A stretch of DNA of 64,000 nucleotides from Planctomycetota bacterium. Lineage in GTDB: Bacteria > Planctomycetota > UBA8108 > SXIK01. Where the stretch lies: assembly GCA_965223845.1 (NCBI GenBank), contig CBDCXR010000004.1, forward strand, positions 7,296,001 through 7,360,000, written 5' to 3'. The stretch's first letter is position 1; every line of letters starts with the position of its first letter. Positions 39,262 to 50,956 of this stretch are shown here, piece after piece. The position numbers and the translations under genes were made by a program. The notes below the pieces were generated by a model. It ran no database searches and was not told where the DNA came from. It was given only the letters and a program-made list of their open reading frames with translations.

Positions 39262-42200
39262 ATGACGTTCGATGGGAAGAGCGACCCCAGCGCGGCGTTC
39301 GGCGCGGAGCCGACCGGCGGCGGCGACGGTGGATCCGGCGGGCGGAGTTCGAGTCGCGGGAACGGCAACGGGCACGTCGCCGACGTGAAGCTCGGTGGGA
39401 TCGAAACTCTGCGACCGGGAGTCGGAACCGAAGGGCCGGGCGGGCTCGCCATTTCTCGCCGATTCACGAAAACGGCCGACGGCATCACCCTCGATCCGTA
39501 CGAGTCGCTCGCGTGGGAAAAGCGTTCGTCGGCGATCCGCGGCTCCGACGGCAAGGTCGTCTTCGAAATGACGGACGTCGAGATCCCCGCGGATTGGTCG
39601 ACGGTCGCGGGCGACATTATGGCGTCGAAGTACATGAGGAAGGCCGGGGTGCCGCAGTACGACGAGAACGGCCGTCCGGTGCTCGACGCCGACGGTCGTC
39701 CGGTGAAGGGACCCGAGAAGAGCACGCGGCAGGTTGTGAAGCGTCTCGTCGAGTGCTGGCGGCACTGGGGCGAGCAGTACGGCTACTTCGCGACGGAGGC
39801 GGACGCCGACGCCTTCCGCGATGAGCTCGCGTACATGCTGCTCCATCAGATGACGGCGCCGAATTCGCCGCAGTGGTTCAACACCGGGCTCCAGCTCGCC
39901 TACGGACTCACCGGGCCGGCGCAAGGGCACTACTTCGTCGATCCCGTAACGGAGAAGGTCGAAAAGTCGACCGATGCCTACTCGCGCCCGCAGCCGCACG
40001 CCTGCTTCATCCAGTCGGTCAGCGACGACCTCGTGAACGAGGGCGGCATCATGGATCTTTGGACGCGCGAAGCGCGTCTCTTCAAGTACGGATCCGGGAC
40101 CGGGACGAACTTTTCTCGCATCCGCGGCGAAGGCGAGGCTCTCGCGGGCGGAGGGTTCTCGTCGGGATTGATGTCGTTCCTCAAGATCGGCGATCGCGCC
40201 GCCGGCGCGATCAAAAGCGGCGGGACGACGCGGCGCGCCGCGAAGATGGTCTGCCTCGACATCGACCATCCCGACATCGAGGCGTTCATCAACTGGAAGG
40301 CGGAAGAAGAGCGCAAGGTCCAAGCACTCATCGACGCCGGGTACTCGTCGGACTTCAACGGCGATGCGTACGCGACGGTTTCCGGGCAAAACTCGAACAA
40401 CAGCGTCCGCGTCACGCAGGAGTTCCTCGAGGCGGTGCTCGCGGCGAAGCCGTGGGAGCTGATCCGCCGGACCGACGGCGACACGGCGAAGACCGTCGAG
40501 GCGCGTTCGCTCTGGGATCAGATCGCGAAGGCCGCGTGGCGCTGCGCGGATCCCGGTCTTCAGTACGACACGACGATCAACGACTGGCACACCTGCCCCG
40601 CTGGCGGCCGTATCAACGCGTCGAATCCGTGCTCGGAGTACATGTTTCTCGATGATACGGCGTGTAATCTCGCGTCCATCAACCTCGTCAAGTTCTACGA
40701 CGCGGACTCGCGCACGTTCGACCTCGACGGGTTCCGCCACGCGGTTCGACTTTGGACGATCGTCCTCGAGATCAGCGTGCTCATGGCGCAGTACCCGAGT
40801 CAGCGGATCGCCGAGCTCAGCTACGAGTACCGTACGCTCGGTCTCGGCTACGCGAACCTCGGCACGCTCCTGATGCTGACCGGGATCTCCTACGACAGCG
40901 AGGAGGGACGCGCGATCGCTGGTGCGCTGACGGCGATCCTCACCGGCGAAAGCTACTCGGCGTCCGCGGAGATGGCGCGGGGGCTCGGGCCGTTCCCGCG
41001 TTTCGAGGAGAACCGCGACGCGATGCTGCGGGTCGTCCGAAACCATCGCCGGGCCGCCTATGCTGCGGCGGATACGGAGTACGAGAACCTATCGGTCGCG
41101 CCGCAGGCCATCGAGCCGGAGCTCTGTCCGCCGAATCTCTTGCGGGCGGCGCGCGAGTCGTGGGATCGCGCGCTTCGCCTCGGGGAGCAGCACGGCTACC
41201 GGAACGCGCAGGCGACGGTCATCGCGCCGACCGGAACGATCGGTCTCCTCATGGACTGCGACACGACCGGGATCGAGCCGGACTTCGCGCTCGTCAAGTT
41301 CAAGAAGCTCGCCGGCGGCGGGTTCTTCAAGATCGCGAATCGGTCGGTCGAGCCGGCGCTTCGCGCGCTCGGATACGACGACGCGGAGCGCGCCGAGATC
41401 CTCGCGTATCTGGTCGGCACCAACCGCCTCGAGGGAGCGCCGCACATTCATCCCGCGTCGCTCACCGAGCGTGGTCTCACTCCGGACGAGATCGCGAAGG
41501 TCGAGGAGGTTCTCCCGAGTGTATTCGATCTCGGCTCGGCGTTTTCCACGTGGGTCGTCGGCGAGGAATGCCTCGCGCGTCTCGGCATCGAGAAAGCGAT
41601 CTACGAGCAGCCGGGCTTCCACCTCCTCGAGACTCTCGGGTACTCGGCGGCTGAGATCGCCGAGGCGAACGATCACGTCTGCGGTCGGCACACCCTCGAG
41701 GGTGCGCCGCAGCTCGCCGAAGGGCACCTCCCGGTCTTCGACTGCGCGAATCGTTGCGGTCGAATCGGGAAACGGTACATCGCGCCGAACGGACACCTCC
41801 GGATGATGGCCGCGGCGCAGCCGTTCATCAGCGGTGCGATCTCGAAGACGATCAACATGCCGCACGAGACGAGCGTCGAAGAGATCGCCGAAGCCTACAT
41901 GGACAGCTGGAAGCTCGGCATTAAAGCGACGGCGCTCTACCGCGACGGCTGCAAGCTGTCGCAGCCGCTCTCGACGCGTTCGGATCAAGAAAAATCCGAC
42001 GGTGCATCGGATGCCGATGCCGCCGCGTCGGCGACGACTCCCGAGCGACGTGAGATCCGGCGGCTGCTGCCCTCGAAACGTCGCGGGTTCACGCAGGAGG
42101 CGCGCGTCGGCGGCCACAAGATCTACCTTCGCACCGGTGAATACGAAGATCGCTCGCTCGGCGAGATCTTCATCGACATGCACCGGGAGGGCGCGAGCTT

Positions 42201-42723
42201 CCGCGCACTGATGAACTGCTTCGCGATCGCGGTCTCGAAGGGTCTTCAGTACGGCGTGCCGCTCGAAGAGTTCGTCGACACGTTCACGTTCACGCGTTTC
42301 GCGCCGCACGGTCAGGTGAAGGACCATCCGAACATCCGGATGGCGACGTCCGTCGTCGACTACATCTTCCGCGTGCTCGGGCTCGAGTACCTCGGGCGCG
42401 AAGACCTGGTGCACGTGAAGCCGAGCGACCTGCCGCCGCCGGCGGACTCGGCTCCCGCGGCTCCGCTCGAGACGACGCCGAAGGCCGCGAGCGTCGCTCC
42501 CGCAAAGCCGGCTCCGCCGCCGAGCGAGACCGCAGCCGCGCCGAGCGCGGAACCGGCGGCCGGCGAAGGCTCTCCCGACGGCGCACTCCAGCACTACGGC
42601 GACGAGCAGCTCGCCGGGATGATGGGGGACGCCCCGGCGTGCAGCAACTGCGGGCACACGACGATCCGGAGTGGGTCGTGCTATCGGTGCATCTTCTGCG
42701 GCGAGTCCCAGGGTTGTAGCTGA
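39262..42723 (+). CDS. nrdJ: Vitamin B12-dependent (class II) ribonucleotide reductase
   Basis: [48 protein letters not shown]-like region and terminal CxxC...CxxC-GCS. Confidence 0.97.
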   Translation: MTFDGKSDPSAAFGAEPTGGGDGGSGGRSSSRGNGNGHVADVKLGGIETLRPGVGTEGPGGLAISRRFTKTADGITLDPYESLAWEKRSSAIRGSDGKVVFEMTDVEIPADWSTVAGDIMASKYMRKAGVPQYDENGRPVLDADGRPVKGPEKSTRQVVKRLVECWRHWGEQYGYFATEADADAFRDELAYMLLHQMTAPNSPQWFNTGLQLAYGLTGPAQGHYFVDPVTEKVEKSTDAYSRPQPHACFIQSVSDDLVNEGGIMDLWTREARLFKYGSGTGTNFSRIRGEGEALAGGGFSSGLMSFLKIGDRAAGAIKSGGTTRRAAKMVCLDIDHPDIEAFINWKAEEERKVQALIDAGYSSDFNGDAYATVSGQNSNNSVRVTQEFLEAVLAAKPWELIRRTDGDTAKTVEARSLWDQIAKAAWRCADPGLQYDTTINDWHTCPAGGRINASNPCSEYMFLDDTACNLASINLVKFYDADSRTFDLDGFRHAVRLWTIVLEISVLMAQYPSQRIAELSYEYRTLGLGYANLGTLLMLTGISYDSEEGRAIAGALTAILTGESYSASAEMARGLGPFPRFEENRDAMLRVVRNHRRAAYAAADTEYENLSVAPQAIEPELCPPNLLRAARESWDRALRLGEQHGYRNAQATVIAPTGTIGLLMDCDTTGIEPDFALVKFKKLAGGGFFKIANRSVEPALRALGYDDAERAEILAYLVGTNRLEGAPHIHPASLTERGLTPDEIAKVEEVLPSVFDLGSAFSTWVVGEECLARLGIEKAIYEQPGFHLLETLGYSAAEIAEANDHVCGRHTLEGAPQLAEGHLPVFDCANRCGRIGKRYIAPNGHLRMMAAAQPFISGAISKTINMPHETSVEEIAEAYMDSWKLGIKATALYRDGCKLSQPLSTRSDQEKSDGASDADAAASATTPERREIRRLLPSKRRGFTQEARVGGHKIYLRTGEYEDRSLGEIFIDMHREGASFRALMNCFAIAVSKGLQYGVPLEEFVDTFTFTRFAPHGQVKDHPNIRMATSVVDYIFRVLGLEYLGREDLVHVKPSDLPPPADSAPAAPLETTPKAASVAPAKPAPPPSETAAAPSAEPAAGEGSPDGALQHYGDEQLAGMMGDAPACSNCGHTTIRSGSCYRCIFCGESQGCS

Positions 42724-42750
42724 GCGCCGGCGAAGAGCGTTCGGACGGAC

Positions 42751-42792
42751 GGGAACGAAGGCGCGAGCCGCGAGGCGCGCGCCTTCGTTCCC
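42751..42792. terminator. Long hairpin between convergent genes, after nrdJ
   Basis: GGGAACGAAGGCGCG ... CGCGCCTTCGTTCCC (15 bp). Confidence 0.65.
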
Positions 42793-42902
42793 GCTAGACC
42801 GCTCCCCTCACCAGAATCCGTGAGCGCGGCCGCGAGCCGCCGCAGCGCGGGAACTAGCACCGAGGCGGCGCCGAACTGCCCGGTGAGAAAGGCGAGCTAG
42901 CG

Positions 42903-43733
42903 TTAGCGAAGAGCCGAACCGAATCGCGGCAAGAGCTGCGTTAGACCCGGGCGCTCTCCCGCGTCTCCGCTGTCGCCTTCTCCAGCCGCGTTTCGGTGCG
43001 CTCCGTCTTCCTCTCCGAGTACTTGGCTTTCGAGGCTCGCCGTCACGAAGTGGCGGTAGAGATGCTCGAGAAACTCCGGAAAGAGCGCGCGCGCTTCCGC
43101 GAGATTGCGCGACAGGAGATCGGCGAAGCGTTCGAGCTGATGGGTGCAGTCGTCGTAGAAGCCGTCCATGAGAACGAGGAAGAGTCCGTAGTCCTCGGGT
43201 TCCATGTAATCCGTCGGCGAGAGCTCGCTCAGCGCGTTCTCGAGACGTGAAAGCAGGCTGCGCGAGCGTCGAACGCGGCGAAGCGGGGCGGCTGCGGACG
43301 GGCGTTCCCGTCGACTCGCGAGGACGTCGCCCATCTGGCGGAGCACGTACGCGGCGAATCGTTCGCGCGAAAGCGTACCCGCGCAGGAGATGAGCTCGTC
43401 GATCGTCTGCGTGGCGAGAGGGGAGCCCCGCGTGAGCGGTGAGAGCAGCCGGTTCGTGAGCGCGACGAACTGGCGGGCGCCGTAGAGAAAGATCGTCGCC
43501 GAAGAAAGGACGGTGCCGACGATCTCCTGCGGGACGTCGCGTTCGGCGAGAAGCTGCGCGAGCGCGACGGTGTAGACCTTCGGCTCGGCTTCGGGGACGG
43601 CGACGGGCGCGGTGTGTGCGCCCTCGAGCATTCCGGGCGGAAACTCGATCGGGCTCCAAGCCTCGGATGCCGGCTCAATCATCGAAATCCTCTCGGAGGT
43701 GTTTCGTCGCGGTTCGTCGGGCCGTTCGCGCAC
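42903..43733 (-). CDS. Hypothetical helical protein
   Basis: Protein-like composition and genome-typical codons; abuts the upstream methyltransferase; start uncertain. Confidence 0.65.
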   Translation of the reverse strand: MRERPDEPRRNTSERISMIEPASEAWSPIEFPPGMLEGAHTAPVAVPEAEPKVYTVALAQLLAERDVPQEIVGTVLSSATIFLYGARQFVALTNRLLSPLTRGSPLATQTIDELISCAGTLSRERFAAYVLRQMGDVLASRRERPSAAAPLRRVRRSRSLLSRLENALSELSPTDYMEPEDYGLFLVLMDGFYDDCTHQLERFADLLSRNLAEARALFPEFLEHLYRHFVTASLESQVLGEEDGAHRNAAGEGDSGDAGERPGLTQLLPRFGSALR

Positions 43734-44408
43734 TCAATCCCGTGGTATCCCGCGCACGGCCACATGCCGGTCATTGATGCGGCGGACCTCGAGGCCCGCG
43801 AGCCCCGCGGCGCGCAGTTGCGCGCGGATCTCTCCCGGAGTGTACGCGGCGAGGAGGGATTGATAAAAGAGCTGCCGGAGGAGCGGGGAGGCGTCCGCAG
43901 CGTGAAGACGTTCGAGCTCGCGCGCGGCGCGCTTCGTCGGTGGGCGCGTGAGATCTTGAACCATCACCCCGCCGCCGGGTCGTACGAGACGCTTTACTTC
44001 GCGCCAAAACGGCACGGGGTCGTCGAGGTGGTGGAGAAGGCTGTTCGAGAAGACGAGATCGAACGGACCGCGTGCGGCACGCAGCCGCTTCGCGTCGTCG
44101 CGGACAACGCGAACGCGCCGCGAGAGTCCTGCCTCCGCAACTCGCTGCTTCGCTTCGCGCACCATGTCCGCCGATAGATCGACGGCCGTCACGCGCCACT
44201 TCGGCGCGATGCGGGCGAACTCGATCGCGATGTCGCCCGGTCCCGTCCCGAGGTCGAGCGCGCGACCGGCCGCGCGCGGTAAAACGCGCAGCGCCCGGCG
44301 CGCGCACCGGCGATTCACCGCCGCGAAGTCGGCGGCCGCGTACGCGTCGTCCTCGCGCGCCGACATGACTTCCGGTTCCGGAGTGCGGGGGATCGGTGCG
44401 GTCGGCAT
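43734..44408 (-). CDS. Class I SAM-dependent methyltransferase
   Basis: PRTPEPEVM, LDLGTGPG, AVDLS, SNSLLHH and DLTRP motifs. Confidence 0.9.
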   Translation of the reverse strand: MPTAPIPRTPEPEVMSAREDDAYAAADFAAVNRRCARRALRVLPRAAGRALDLGTGPGDIAIEFARIAPKWRVTAVDLSADMVREAKQRVAEAGLSRRVRVVRDDAKRLRAARGPFDLVFSNSLLHHLDDPVPFWREVKRLVRPGGGVMVQDLTRPPTKRAARELERLHAADASPLLRQLFYQSLLAAYTPGEIRAQLRAAGLAGLEVRRINDRHVAVRGIPRD

Positions 44409-44702
44409 CGGGGACGAGCTCCGGGCGAGGGAAGGACGAAGAACGTAGATCGTACCGGCGTAGGGGGTCGTTTTCGCCTGTTCTGCTGCTCGCGGATCGC
44501 GTTGGGTTTTACGACCGGCAAACCTGCGCACCGCCGTGCGACGGGGGAATCTTCCGAGCGATGGGTTCGACGCCCTCGGGTCCCGCATCGCGCGCGGGGA
44601 TCACGGATGTGATCTCACCTTGCGCTCCTTCCGCGATCCCGGCACCCTTGGGTCTTTCCTGAGGACTCCATTCGCTCGCCATCGCCGAGGAGACGCCCAT
44701 CC

Positions 44703-46694
44703 ATGTCCGAATCTCCGCTCGAATCGCCGACCGGATCGACCGAGTCGAATCGCGAGTTTACGATCGCCGCGATTGTCCTCGGGATCGTTCTTTCGATCGT
44801 CCTCGGTGCGGCGAACGTCTACCTCGGGCTCAAGGTCGGGATGACCGTCTCGGCGTCGATTCCCGCGGCGGTGATCGCCATGGCGCTCTTTCGCGTCATT
44901 CGGCGCGGCGGGAACTCGATCCTCGAGAGCAACCTCGTTCAGACGGCGGCGTCGGCGGGCGAGTCGCTCGCCGCGGGGATCATCTTCACGATGCCGGCGC
45001 TCGTCATCGCGAACATCTGGCCCTCGTTCGCGGGTTGGGAGCGTTTCTTCGTGATTTCGGCGATCGCGATCGGCGGCGGTCTCCTCGGAATCCTCTTCAT
45101 GATTCCGATGCGCCGCGTGTTCGTCGTCGAGAACAAGGAGCTTCAGTATCCCGAGGGAGTCGCTTGCGCCGAGGTGCTCCGAGCGGGAGCAGAAGCGGGC
45201 CGCGGCGCGGCGCTCGTTCTCGGCGGGATCGTCGCCGGTGCAGCGATCAAGTTCCTCGCGAAGCCGTTTCACCTGATCCACGAGTCGGTTGAGCGCGCGA
45301 TCGATGCCGGTCAGCGTGTGTTCTACGTCGGATCGGACGTGTCCGGTGCGCTGATCGGCGTCGGTTTCATCGTGAAGCTTCCGATCGCGGTGCTGATCTT
45401 TCTCGGCGGAGCGCTCGCGTGGATCGTGACTCTGCCCATCCTCGGTGGGTACACGGGGGAGGCTGGGGCGACTCCGGTGTCCTACGCGTGGGATGTCTGG
45501 GGCGAGGAGATCCGCTACATGGGCGTCGGTGCGATGATCGTTGCCGGCCTCACGAGCATCTGGACCGTGCGCCACGGACTGAAAGCCGCTTTCGATGAGG
45601 TCACCGGGCGGTTTCGCACCGACGGCGGGGCGGCGGCTCCTCGGCACGAGCGAAACATCGGAAACAAGACTCTCGTCGTGACCGGCACGTTCACGATCGC
45701 TGCCATCGCCGCGCTCTACTGGTACGTCACGGGCGACGTCCTCGTCTCGGCGATCGTCCTCGTCGCGATGATCCTTCTCTCGTTTTTCATCACCGCGGTC
45801 GCTAGTTACATCGTCGGTCTCGTCGGCAACTCGAACAGTCCCGTCTCGGGCATGACGATCACCGCGCTTCTCATCACGTCAGGGCTGGTCTACCTCTTCG
45901 GCTACGACGGAGGGGTCGCGGTGATCGCGACGCTGGGAGTCGCGGGCGTCGTCTGCTGTGTCGCGTGCACCTCGGGCGACGTGTGCAACGATCTCAAGAC
46001 CGGGCACATGGTCGGCGCGAGCCCTAGGAATCAGCAGATCCTGCAGATCGTCGGCGTCGCGGTCGCGGCCTTCGTCATGTGGCCGGTGCTTCACGTCCTT
46101 CACGAGAGCAACATCGCCGAGGGCGGCGAAGGGATCGGGGGAAAGCAGCTCGGCGCGCCGCAGGCGAGTCTCTTCGCGAATCTGACGAAGGGATTCTTCA
46201 TGACGGACGGCGAGTCGCAACTTCCTCAAGAGATGCTCTGGACGGGCGTCGCGGTCGGCATCGCGGTCTACGTCGCCGATCTCGTTTGGAAACACCTGCG
46301 ACCGAACACTGGCTTTCGTCTCCATCTGATGCCGATGGCCGTCGGGATCTACCTCCCACTCACGGTGTCTACACCGATCCTTCTCGGCGGAATCGCGGCG
46401 TCGATCGCGAGCTGGATGGCGCCGATGCGCACCGCCGATGATTCCGACGCTGCGCTCGCCGAAGCGCGCGAAGGGAGTCGCGGCGGTGTTCTTCTCGCGT
46501 CGGGAATCATCGCCGGGGAATCGCTTGCGGGAGTCCTCTGGGCATTCGTGATGTTCTTCTCCGCACCCGGTGACGGAGGGGCGGCGGGAAGCAGCTGGTT
46601 CAGCGGTCCGTATTCGCTCCTCTCGCTGCTCGTCCTCATCGTCATCCCGGTGGCGCTCATCCTCGTCTCGCGTACGCGCACTCCGAGGGCTTGA
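44703..46694 (+). CDS. OPT family oligopeptide transporter
   Basis: ANVYLGLKVGMTVSASIPAAV, YPEGVACAEVL, SNSPVSG, DLKTG, APQA and SGIIAGES motifs. Confidence 0.95.
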   Translation: MSESPLESPTGSTESNREFTIAAIVLGIVLSIVLGAANVYLGLKVGMTVSASIPAAVIAMALFRVIRRGGNSILESNLVQTAASAGESLAAGIIFTMPALVIANIWPSFAGWERFFVISAIAIGGGLLGILFMIPMRRVFVVENKELQYPEGVACAEVLRAGAEAGRGAALVLGGIVAGAAIKFLAKPFHLIHESVERAIDAGQRVFYVGSDVSGALIGVGFIVKLPIAVLIFLGGALAWIVTLPILGGYTGEAGATPVSYAWDVWGEEIRYMGVGAMIVAGLTSIWTVRHGLKAAFDEVTGRFRTDGGAAAPRHERNIGNKTLVVTGTFTIAAIAALYWYVTGDVLVSAIVLVAMILLSFFITAVASYIVGLVGNSNSPVSGMTITALLITSGLVYLFGYDGGVAVIATLGVAGVVCCVACTSGDVCNDLKTGHMVGASPRNQQILQIVGVAVAAFVMWPVLHVLHESNIAEGGEGIGGKQLGAPQASLFANLTKGFFMTDGESQLPQEMLWTGVAVGIAVYVADLVWKHLRPNTGFRLHLMPMAVGIYLPLTVSTPILLGGIAASIASWMAPMRTADDSDAALAEAREGSRGGVLLASGIIAGESLAGVLWAFVMFFSAPGDGGAAGSSWFSGPYSLLSLLVLIVIPVALILVSRTRTPRA

Positions 46695-46938
46695 TTCGGG
46701 CTTCATAGGCCTCCTAGCGCGTGTCCAGAACGTCCTCCGCTTCCGCCGCCGAGGTTTCCGGTCGTCGGTTCAGCCGATAACCGCCTGCGAACGGCCCCGT
46801 CCGTGTCGCTGGGGTAGGTTTCTGTAGCTGCCCGCTCGTTCTCGAGTGATTCGTGCCCGGCTTCGGTCGTAGAGCGAACGACGAGCGGAGCTGAGCGCTT
46901 CACACCACCTCACACCGGAAGCGAGAGGCCAGGGGACA

Positions 46939-47673
46939 ATGAAACCTTCAGTGATCATTTGTGCGGGCATCGGTGGACTCGTGGGTGCGCTCGTTTGGGG
47001 CGGGATCATCGCGCTCACGGGTTATGAAGTCGGCTATGTGGCGTGGGGCGTCGGCGGACTCGTCGGATTCGGTGCGCTGCTCGGCGGCGGCCGAGGTGCG
47101 AACGCGGCGACGGTGGCGGCCGGTGTGACGGTCGTCGCGATCTTCGCGGGGAAGGTGATCGGCGTCGAAGGCGGGAAGCACCACATTTACGAGCAGCTCG
47201 CGGAGTCGCTTCCCCGCGAGTTCTACGACCAGTCGGTCGAAGAGGCGAAGCTGTTCGCGCGGCTGAGCGGTCCGGAAGCGTTCGCGCAGTTCATGATCGA
47301 CAACGCCTACACGCAGGCGACTCGACCGAGCGAGGTGACAGCGGAGGAGCTCGACGTCTTCACGAAGATCAACGCACCGGTGCTCGAGAAGATCCATCTC
47401 GAGAACTTGACGTTCGAAGAGTGGCGCCTCGTGTTCGCCGAGCACCAGTTCCGCTACGGCATGGCGGAAATCGGAACGGCGTCGCTCGTCGTCGAGAGCC
47501 TGAGCGTCATGGACGCCATCTTCTTCGTGCTCGGGATCGCTACTGCGTACAGCCTTGTCCAGAAGGCGGACCAGGTCATGCCGGAGCAGAAGGTGCCGTT
47601 CCCGTCGAAGTCCGCGCGCGAGCGCGCGAGGACTCCGCAGCGAAACGAAGAGCGCGAACCGGTCGAGGCTTGA
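46939..47673 (+). CDS. Hypothetical membrane protein
   Basis: Gly-rich TM helices (YEVGYVAWGVG), soluble middle region and C-terminal TM (DAIFFVLGIATAY). Confidence 0.8.
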   Translation: MKPSVIICAGIGGLVGALVWGGIIALTGYEVGYVAWGVGGLVGFGALLGGGRGANAATVAAGVTVVAIFAGKVIGVEGGKHHIYEQLAESLPREFYDQSVEEAKLFARLSGPEAFAQFMIDNAYTQATRPSEVTAEELDVFTKINAPVLEKIHLENLTFEEWRLVFAEHQFRYGMAEIGTASLVVESLSVMDAIFFVLGIATAYSLVQKADQVMPEQKVPFPSKSARERARTPQRNEEREPVEA

Positions 47674-47700
47674 CCTGCGGCCGGGACCTCCGTCCGCGGC

Positions 47701-48873
47701 TCAGCGATTTCGTGCGGTCACCGGCTCCGCGGCGCACTCGAGCCGTCCGTCGTCCCCGACGATCGCGAAGTGTTCCCAGAGATTGACGCAGGAGCAGATG
47801 TGCTTCGGCGCGACGAGCACGGGATCGCCGACTCTGAGTTCGGGCGTCTCCGGTCCGCGGCGAAGCACTAGGTGCTCTTCGGTCGCCGAGACGAATTCCA
47901 AACCGGGCACGCTGAATGCTTCGGGCGGTCCGGCGTCGATGCCGAAGCGCTTGTGGCCGAGATTGAGCGTCACGAGATCGCCGCCCGGCAGATCCATCAC
48001 CTGCGCGATGATGAGGGCTGCGAGCTCGAACTGACCGGGAACGATCGCGTCGTAGTTCGTGTCCCAGTAGATCCACGTACCCGGCGAGACCTCGACGTGT
48101 GCGTCGAGCCGGTGGACGCGAGTGAGCTCGTCGAGGTCTTCGCGGAAGGGCGGTGTGCCGGCGACGGTCACTCGCTTCGGCGGTGCGCCGATCCGCTCGA
48201 GGACGCGGACGCACTCGACCACGGGAGCCATCGCTCTCTGCGCGATCGCGCGGCGCTCGTCGGCGTCGCGCGCATGGTTGTGCCCGTCGTAACCGTGGAT
48301 CCCTTCGAGCTGGAGGACGCCGTAGTGATCTCCACCGAGAAGGAGTCGGGCGAGCGACTCGACCCGTTCCGGAGCGCTTCCCGTGCGCTCCCCACCGACG
48401 TTCACGTCGATGAGAACTGGAATTTCGATTCCGTGCCGGCGGGCGGCGCTCGCGAGGGTGGAAGCGTGAGCTTCGCAGCCGACCTGGGCGATGATCCGAA
48501 CCTCGGGGAAGCGCGCGGACCAGTGCGCGACGCGGTCGGCTTCCCGCGGAAGGAGTGGATAAGCGACGAATACGTCGCGAGCGCCGCCCTCGACGAGCAT
48601 CTCGAGTTCGTGCGGCGTGCACTTGAAGCGCTCGATTCCGGCTTCGAGCATCCGCTCGGTCGTCCACGCGGATTTGTGCGTCTTGACGTGCGTGCGCAGG
48701 TGAGCGAAGTCGCTTCCGGGAACGACTTCGTTGAGAGCGTCACGCATGCGCCGCAGATTCGCCTCGACGAACTCGCGATAGACGACGAGACGCGGCGTCG
48801 ACAGTCGACCGAGGAGCGGGAGAGAGTAACGGTCGGGATCGAGGGGCGCGGCTCGGTGGATTCGCTGGATCAT
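47701..48873 (-). CDS. PLP fold-type III enzyme, DSD1/D-threonine aldolase family
   Basis: TPRLVV, HVKTHK, RTG, GYDGH, EEH and HIC motifs. Confidence 0.88.
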   Translation of the reverse strand: MIQRIHRAAPLDPDRYSLPLLGRLSTPRLVVYREFVEANLRRMRDALNEVVPGSDFAHLRTHVKTHKSAWTTERMLEAGIERFKCTPHELEMLVEGGARDVFVAYPLLPREADRVAHWSARFPEVRIIAQVGCEAHASTLASAARRHGIEIPVLIDVNVGGERTGSAPERVESLARLLLGGDHYGVLQLEGIHGYDGHNHARDADERRAIAQRAMAPVVECVRVLERIGAPPKRVTVAGTPPFREDLDELTRVHRLDAHVEVSPGTWIYWDTNYDAIVPGQFELAALIIAQVMDLPGGDLVTLNLGHKRFGIDAGPPEAFSVPGLEFVSATEEHLVLRRGPETPELRVGDPVLVAPKHICSCVNLWEHFAIVGDDGRLECAAEPVTARNR

Positions 48874-48989
48874 GTTCGAGAACAGGGACAGTCGTCTCCG
48901 CGTCCAGGGCGCGAAACCGCGCGGCTGCGGCCGCGCTCGCCGGTTCGCCGCGTTCCCTCGGGGAGGGCGCGACGGGGCAGAATACGAAA

Positions 48990-49017
48990 CGAGGGCGACT
49001 CCTTCGAGTCGCCCTCG
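48990..49017 (-). terminator. Terminator after rpmB
   Basis: 12-bp stem CGAGGGCGACTC/GAGTCGCCCTCG followed by TTTCGTATT on the minus strand. Confidence 0.7.
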
Positions 49018-49062
49018 GTGATTCGCTCAGTTCGGTGTCGACTCGCCGAGCCGTACTCGGGC

Positions 49063-49365
49063 TTATGCCGACTCTTTCTTCTTTCGCCGCGGGCGCCGCT
49101 CCTTGATCAGCCCGGCGTCGAGGAGAGTCTTGAACGCGCCGTTCTTCGTGATGTTGCGGATCGCCTTGGCTGAGATCCGAACGCGAACGTGCTGGCCGAG
49201 CTCGGCGACCCAGACGCGCTTCCACTGCAAGTTTGCCTTGAACTGGCGGCGAGCGATGCCGGTCGTTTTCTTACCGACACCGCCCTTCGCCTTCGCGAGG
49301 CCGCGGCGGGAGATCTTGTTGCCGAACGAGGTGCGACGCCCGGTGACCTGGCAAACGCGACTCAT
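49063..49365 (-). CDS. rpmB: 50S ribosomal protein L28
   Basis: MSRVCQVTG...GNKISRRGLAKAKGGVG...RRQFKANLQ; GGAGG RBS. Confidence 0.95.
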   Translation of the reverse strand: MSRVCQVTGRRTSFGNKISRRGLAKAKGGVGKKTTGIARRQFKANLQWKRVWVAELGQHVRVRISAKAIRNITKNGAFKTLLDAGLIKERRPRRKKKESA

Positions 49366-49653
49366 GTTCGTCCTCCTCCAGAGCCCGGGGCCTCTGGTTT
49401 CGGGCGGGCGAGAGTGCACGCCGAACCGATCGGGCTCCGGTGGGGTATCGAGTAGTTGCGCTCGACCGACCCGGGACACGCGAGTGCCGCGCTCGGCCTT
49501 CCTAGGGCCGCGGGGGCGTCGAGACGAAGGGGAGTTCGTACCATAGGCTCGAGCTCAGTCGCAAGGCAAAACGCCGGCCAAGCCGTTGTGGCCCCGCGAG
49601 TTTCGTCGAATCGCCCCGCACTCGGAGCGCAGCGCTGAGGCCGCTCCCGTTCT

Positions 49654-50571
49654 TCAGGAAGCGCGCCAGCGGCGGACGGTGCCGTCGGGATCCACCTCGA
49701 CGATCACGTCGTCCTGATCGGTGCGCCGTTTCGGAGGCGGCTTGCGATCGCCGGTCGCAGAGGGGAATCCCGACCCGAATCGAAAGACGATCCGGCCGGT
49801 CGGGCTCCCGGCGAACGGGTGCCCCGGCCGCGGGTGGGCTCCCGGCGTGCCGGAGGAGAATCCGCTCCATCCACCGCCGCTCGACCTCGGACCCGGCGGC
49901 GGGCCGGTCGCAAACGGTGGGGGCGATCCCCAGGCGCTCGCTGCCATCTCGGTCGCGGCGGCCGAGTAGACGAAGAACGCGATCAGAACGAGCATGAAGT
50001 GTCCCGAGACGATGCCCACCAGTCCGAGCGCGATCGCGGTGAACTGCCCGATGCGGCCCGCGATGCGCGTCGCGCGGACGTAGGGGATCCGCGTCGCCAG
50101 AAGCGCGCGGAGAATCCTCCCGCCGTCGAGTGGGAACCCGGGAATCAGGTTGAACAGCCCGAGCGCTAGATTGACGTAGATCGGAAACAGGAGAGCGGGC
50201 CAGGCGGCAGCCCAGTAGGCGAGGCCGAACGCACCGGCGAGCACGAAGTTCACGGCCGGACCCGCCGCGGTGATGATCAGCTCGGCGCGGGGTTCGCGAG
50301 GAATATGCGCGAGCTTCGCGATCCCGCCGATCGGGTAGAGCGTGATGTCGCGGACGGAGACCCCCAGCGACTGGGCGGCGATCGCGTGTCCGAGCTCGTG
50401 GAGGAGGACGAACAAGAAGACGAGCCCGACCAGACCGAGCGCCGCTCCGATCCCCGCGAGACCGGCGGACGATCCGGCTGCGAGCGCGTAGAGGAGGCCG
50501 AACACGATCAGCGTCCAGTGGACGCGAATCGGGATGCCGAACGCGCGTGCGATCAAGATCGGTCGAAACAT
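49654..50571 (-). CDS. Site-2 protease (M50)
   Basis: HELGH, AGPAVN and NLIPGFPLDGG motifs; Pro/Gly-rich tail where CBS domains often occur. Confidence 0.92.
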   Translation of the reverse strand: MFRPILIARAFGIPIRVHWTLIVFGLLYALAAGSSAGLAGIGAALGLVGLVFLFVLLHELGHAIAAQSLGVSVRDITLYPIGGIAKLAHIPREPRAELIITAAGPAVNFVLAGAFGLAYWAAAWPALLFPIYVNLALGLFNLIPGFPLDGGRILRALLATRIPYVRATRIAGRIGQFTAIALGLVGIVSGHFMLVLIAFFVYSAAATEMAASAWGSPPPFATGPPPGPRSSGGGWSGFSSGTPGAHPRPGHPFAGSPTGRIVFRFGSGFPSATGDRKPPPKRRTDQDDVIVEVDPDGTVRRWRAS

Positions 50572-50869
50572 GGGCTCTCCGTAGGGCCGGGCCGCGAGCT
50601 CGGAGCGCCGCGTTCTACGGCCATTCGCCGATGCGGCGGCTCCGTCGCAAGTCCTCTCTGTTCTTTCGGTCGGACGAGCGAGATCGTCGCTCGTTTCCGC
50701 CCCGCGGGGTTTTTTAAGCATTTCCCGTGCCAGGAGAGGGGCGGCTCCGGCGGAGGAGTCCTTAAGCTCAATCATTGACGCGGTTTAGGATTCGAAACGC
50801 TCCCACATGAGGCTCGATCCGAACCGAGCACCCGACTCCGGTCGGGCCGGATGAGGAGGAGCGCAGCCT

Positions 50870-50896
50870 CGGCGGCTGCCGAAGTGGCAGCCGCCG
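50870..50896. terminator. Hairpin downstream of the DUF1080 gene
   Basis: CGGCGGCTGCC-gaagt-GGCAGCCGCCG. Confidence 0.45.
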
Positions 50897-50956
50897 TTCG
50901 CTCTAGCGAACAGCGAGACGGGACCCGAACGGCGTGGCCGTCACGAACCGCAGGAT

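Noticed and set aside
38101-41046. 981-aa minus-strand ORF and other long antisense ORFs (4666-7008, 7148-8878, 9104-11578, 41089-42657)
   Set aside because: Shadow frames of well-supported genes in GC-rich DNA, with no recognisable motifs
39262-42723. Intein or intron in nrdJ
   Set aside because: Catalytic motifs are contiguous, with no splice-junction or homing-endonuclease motifs
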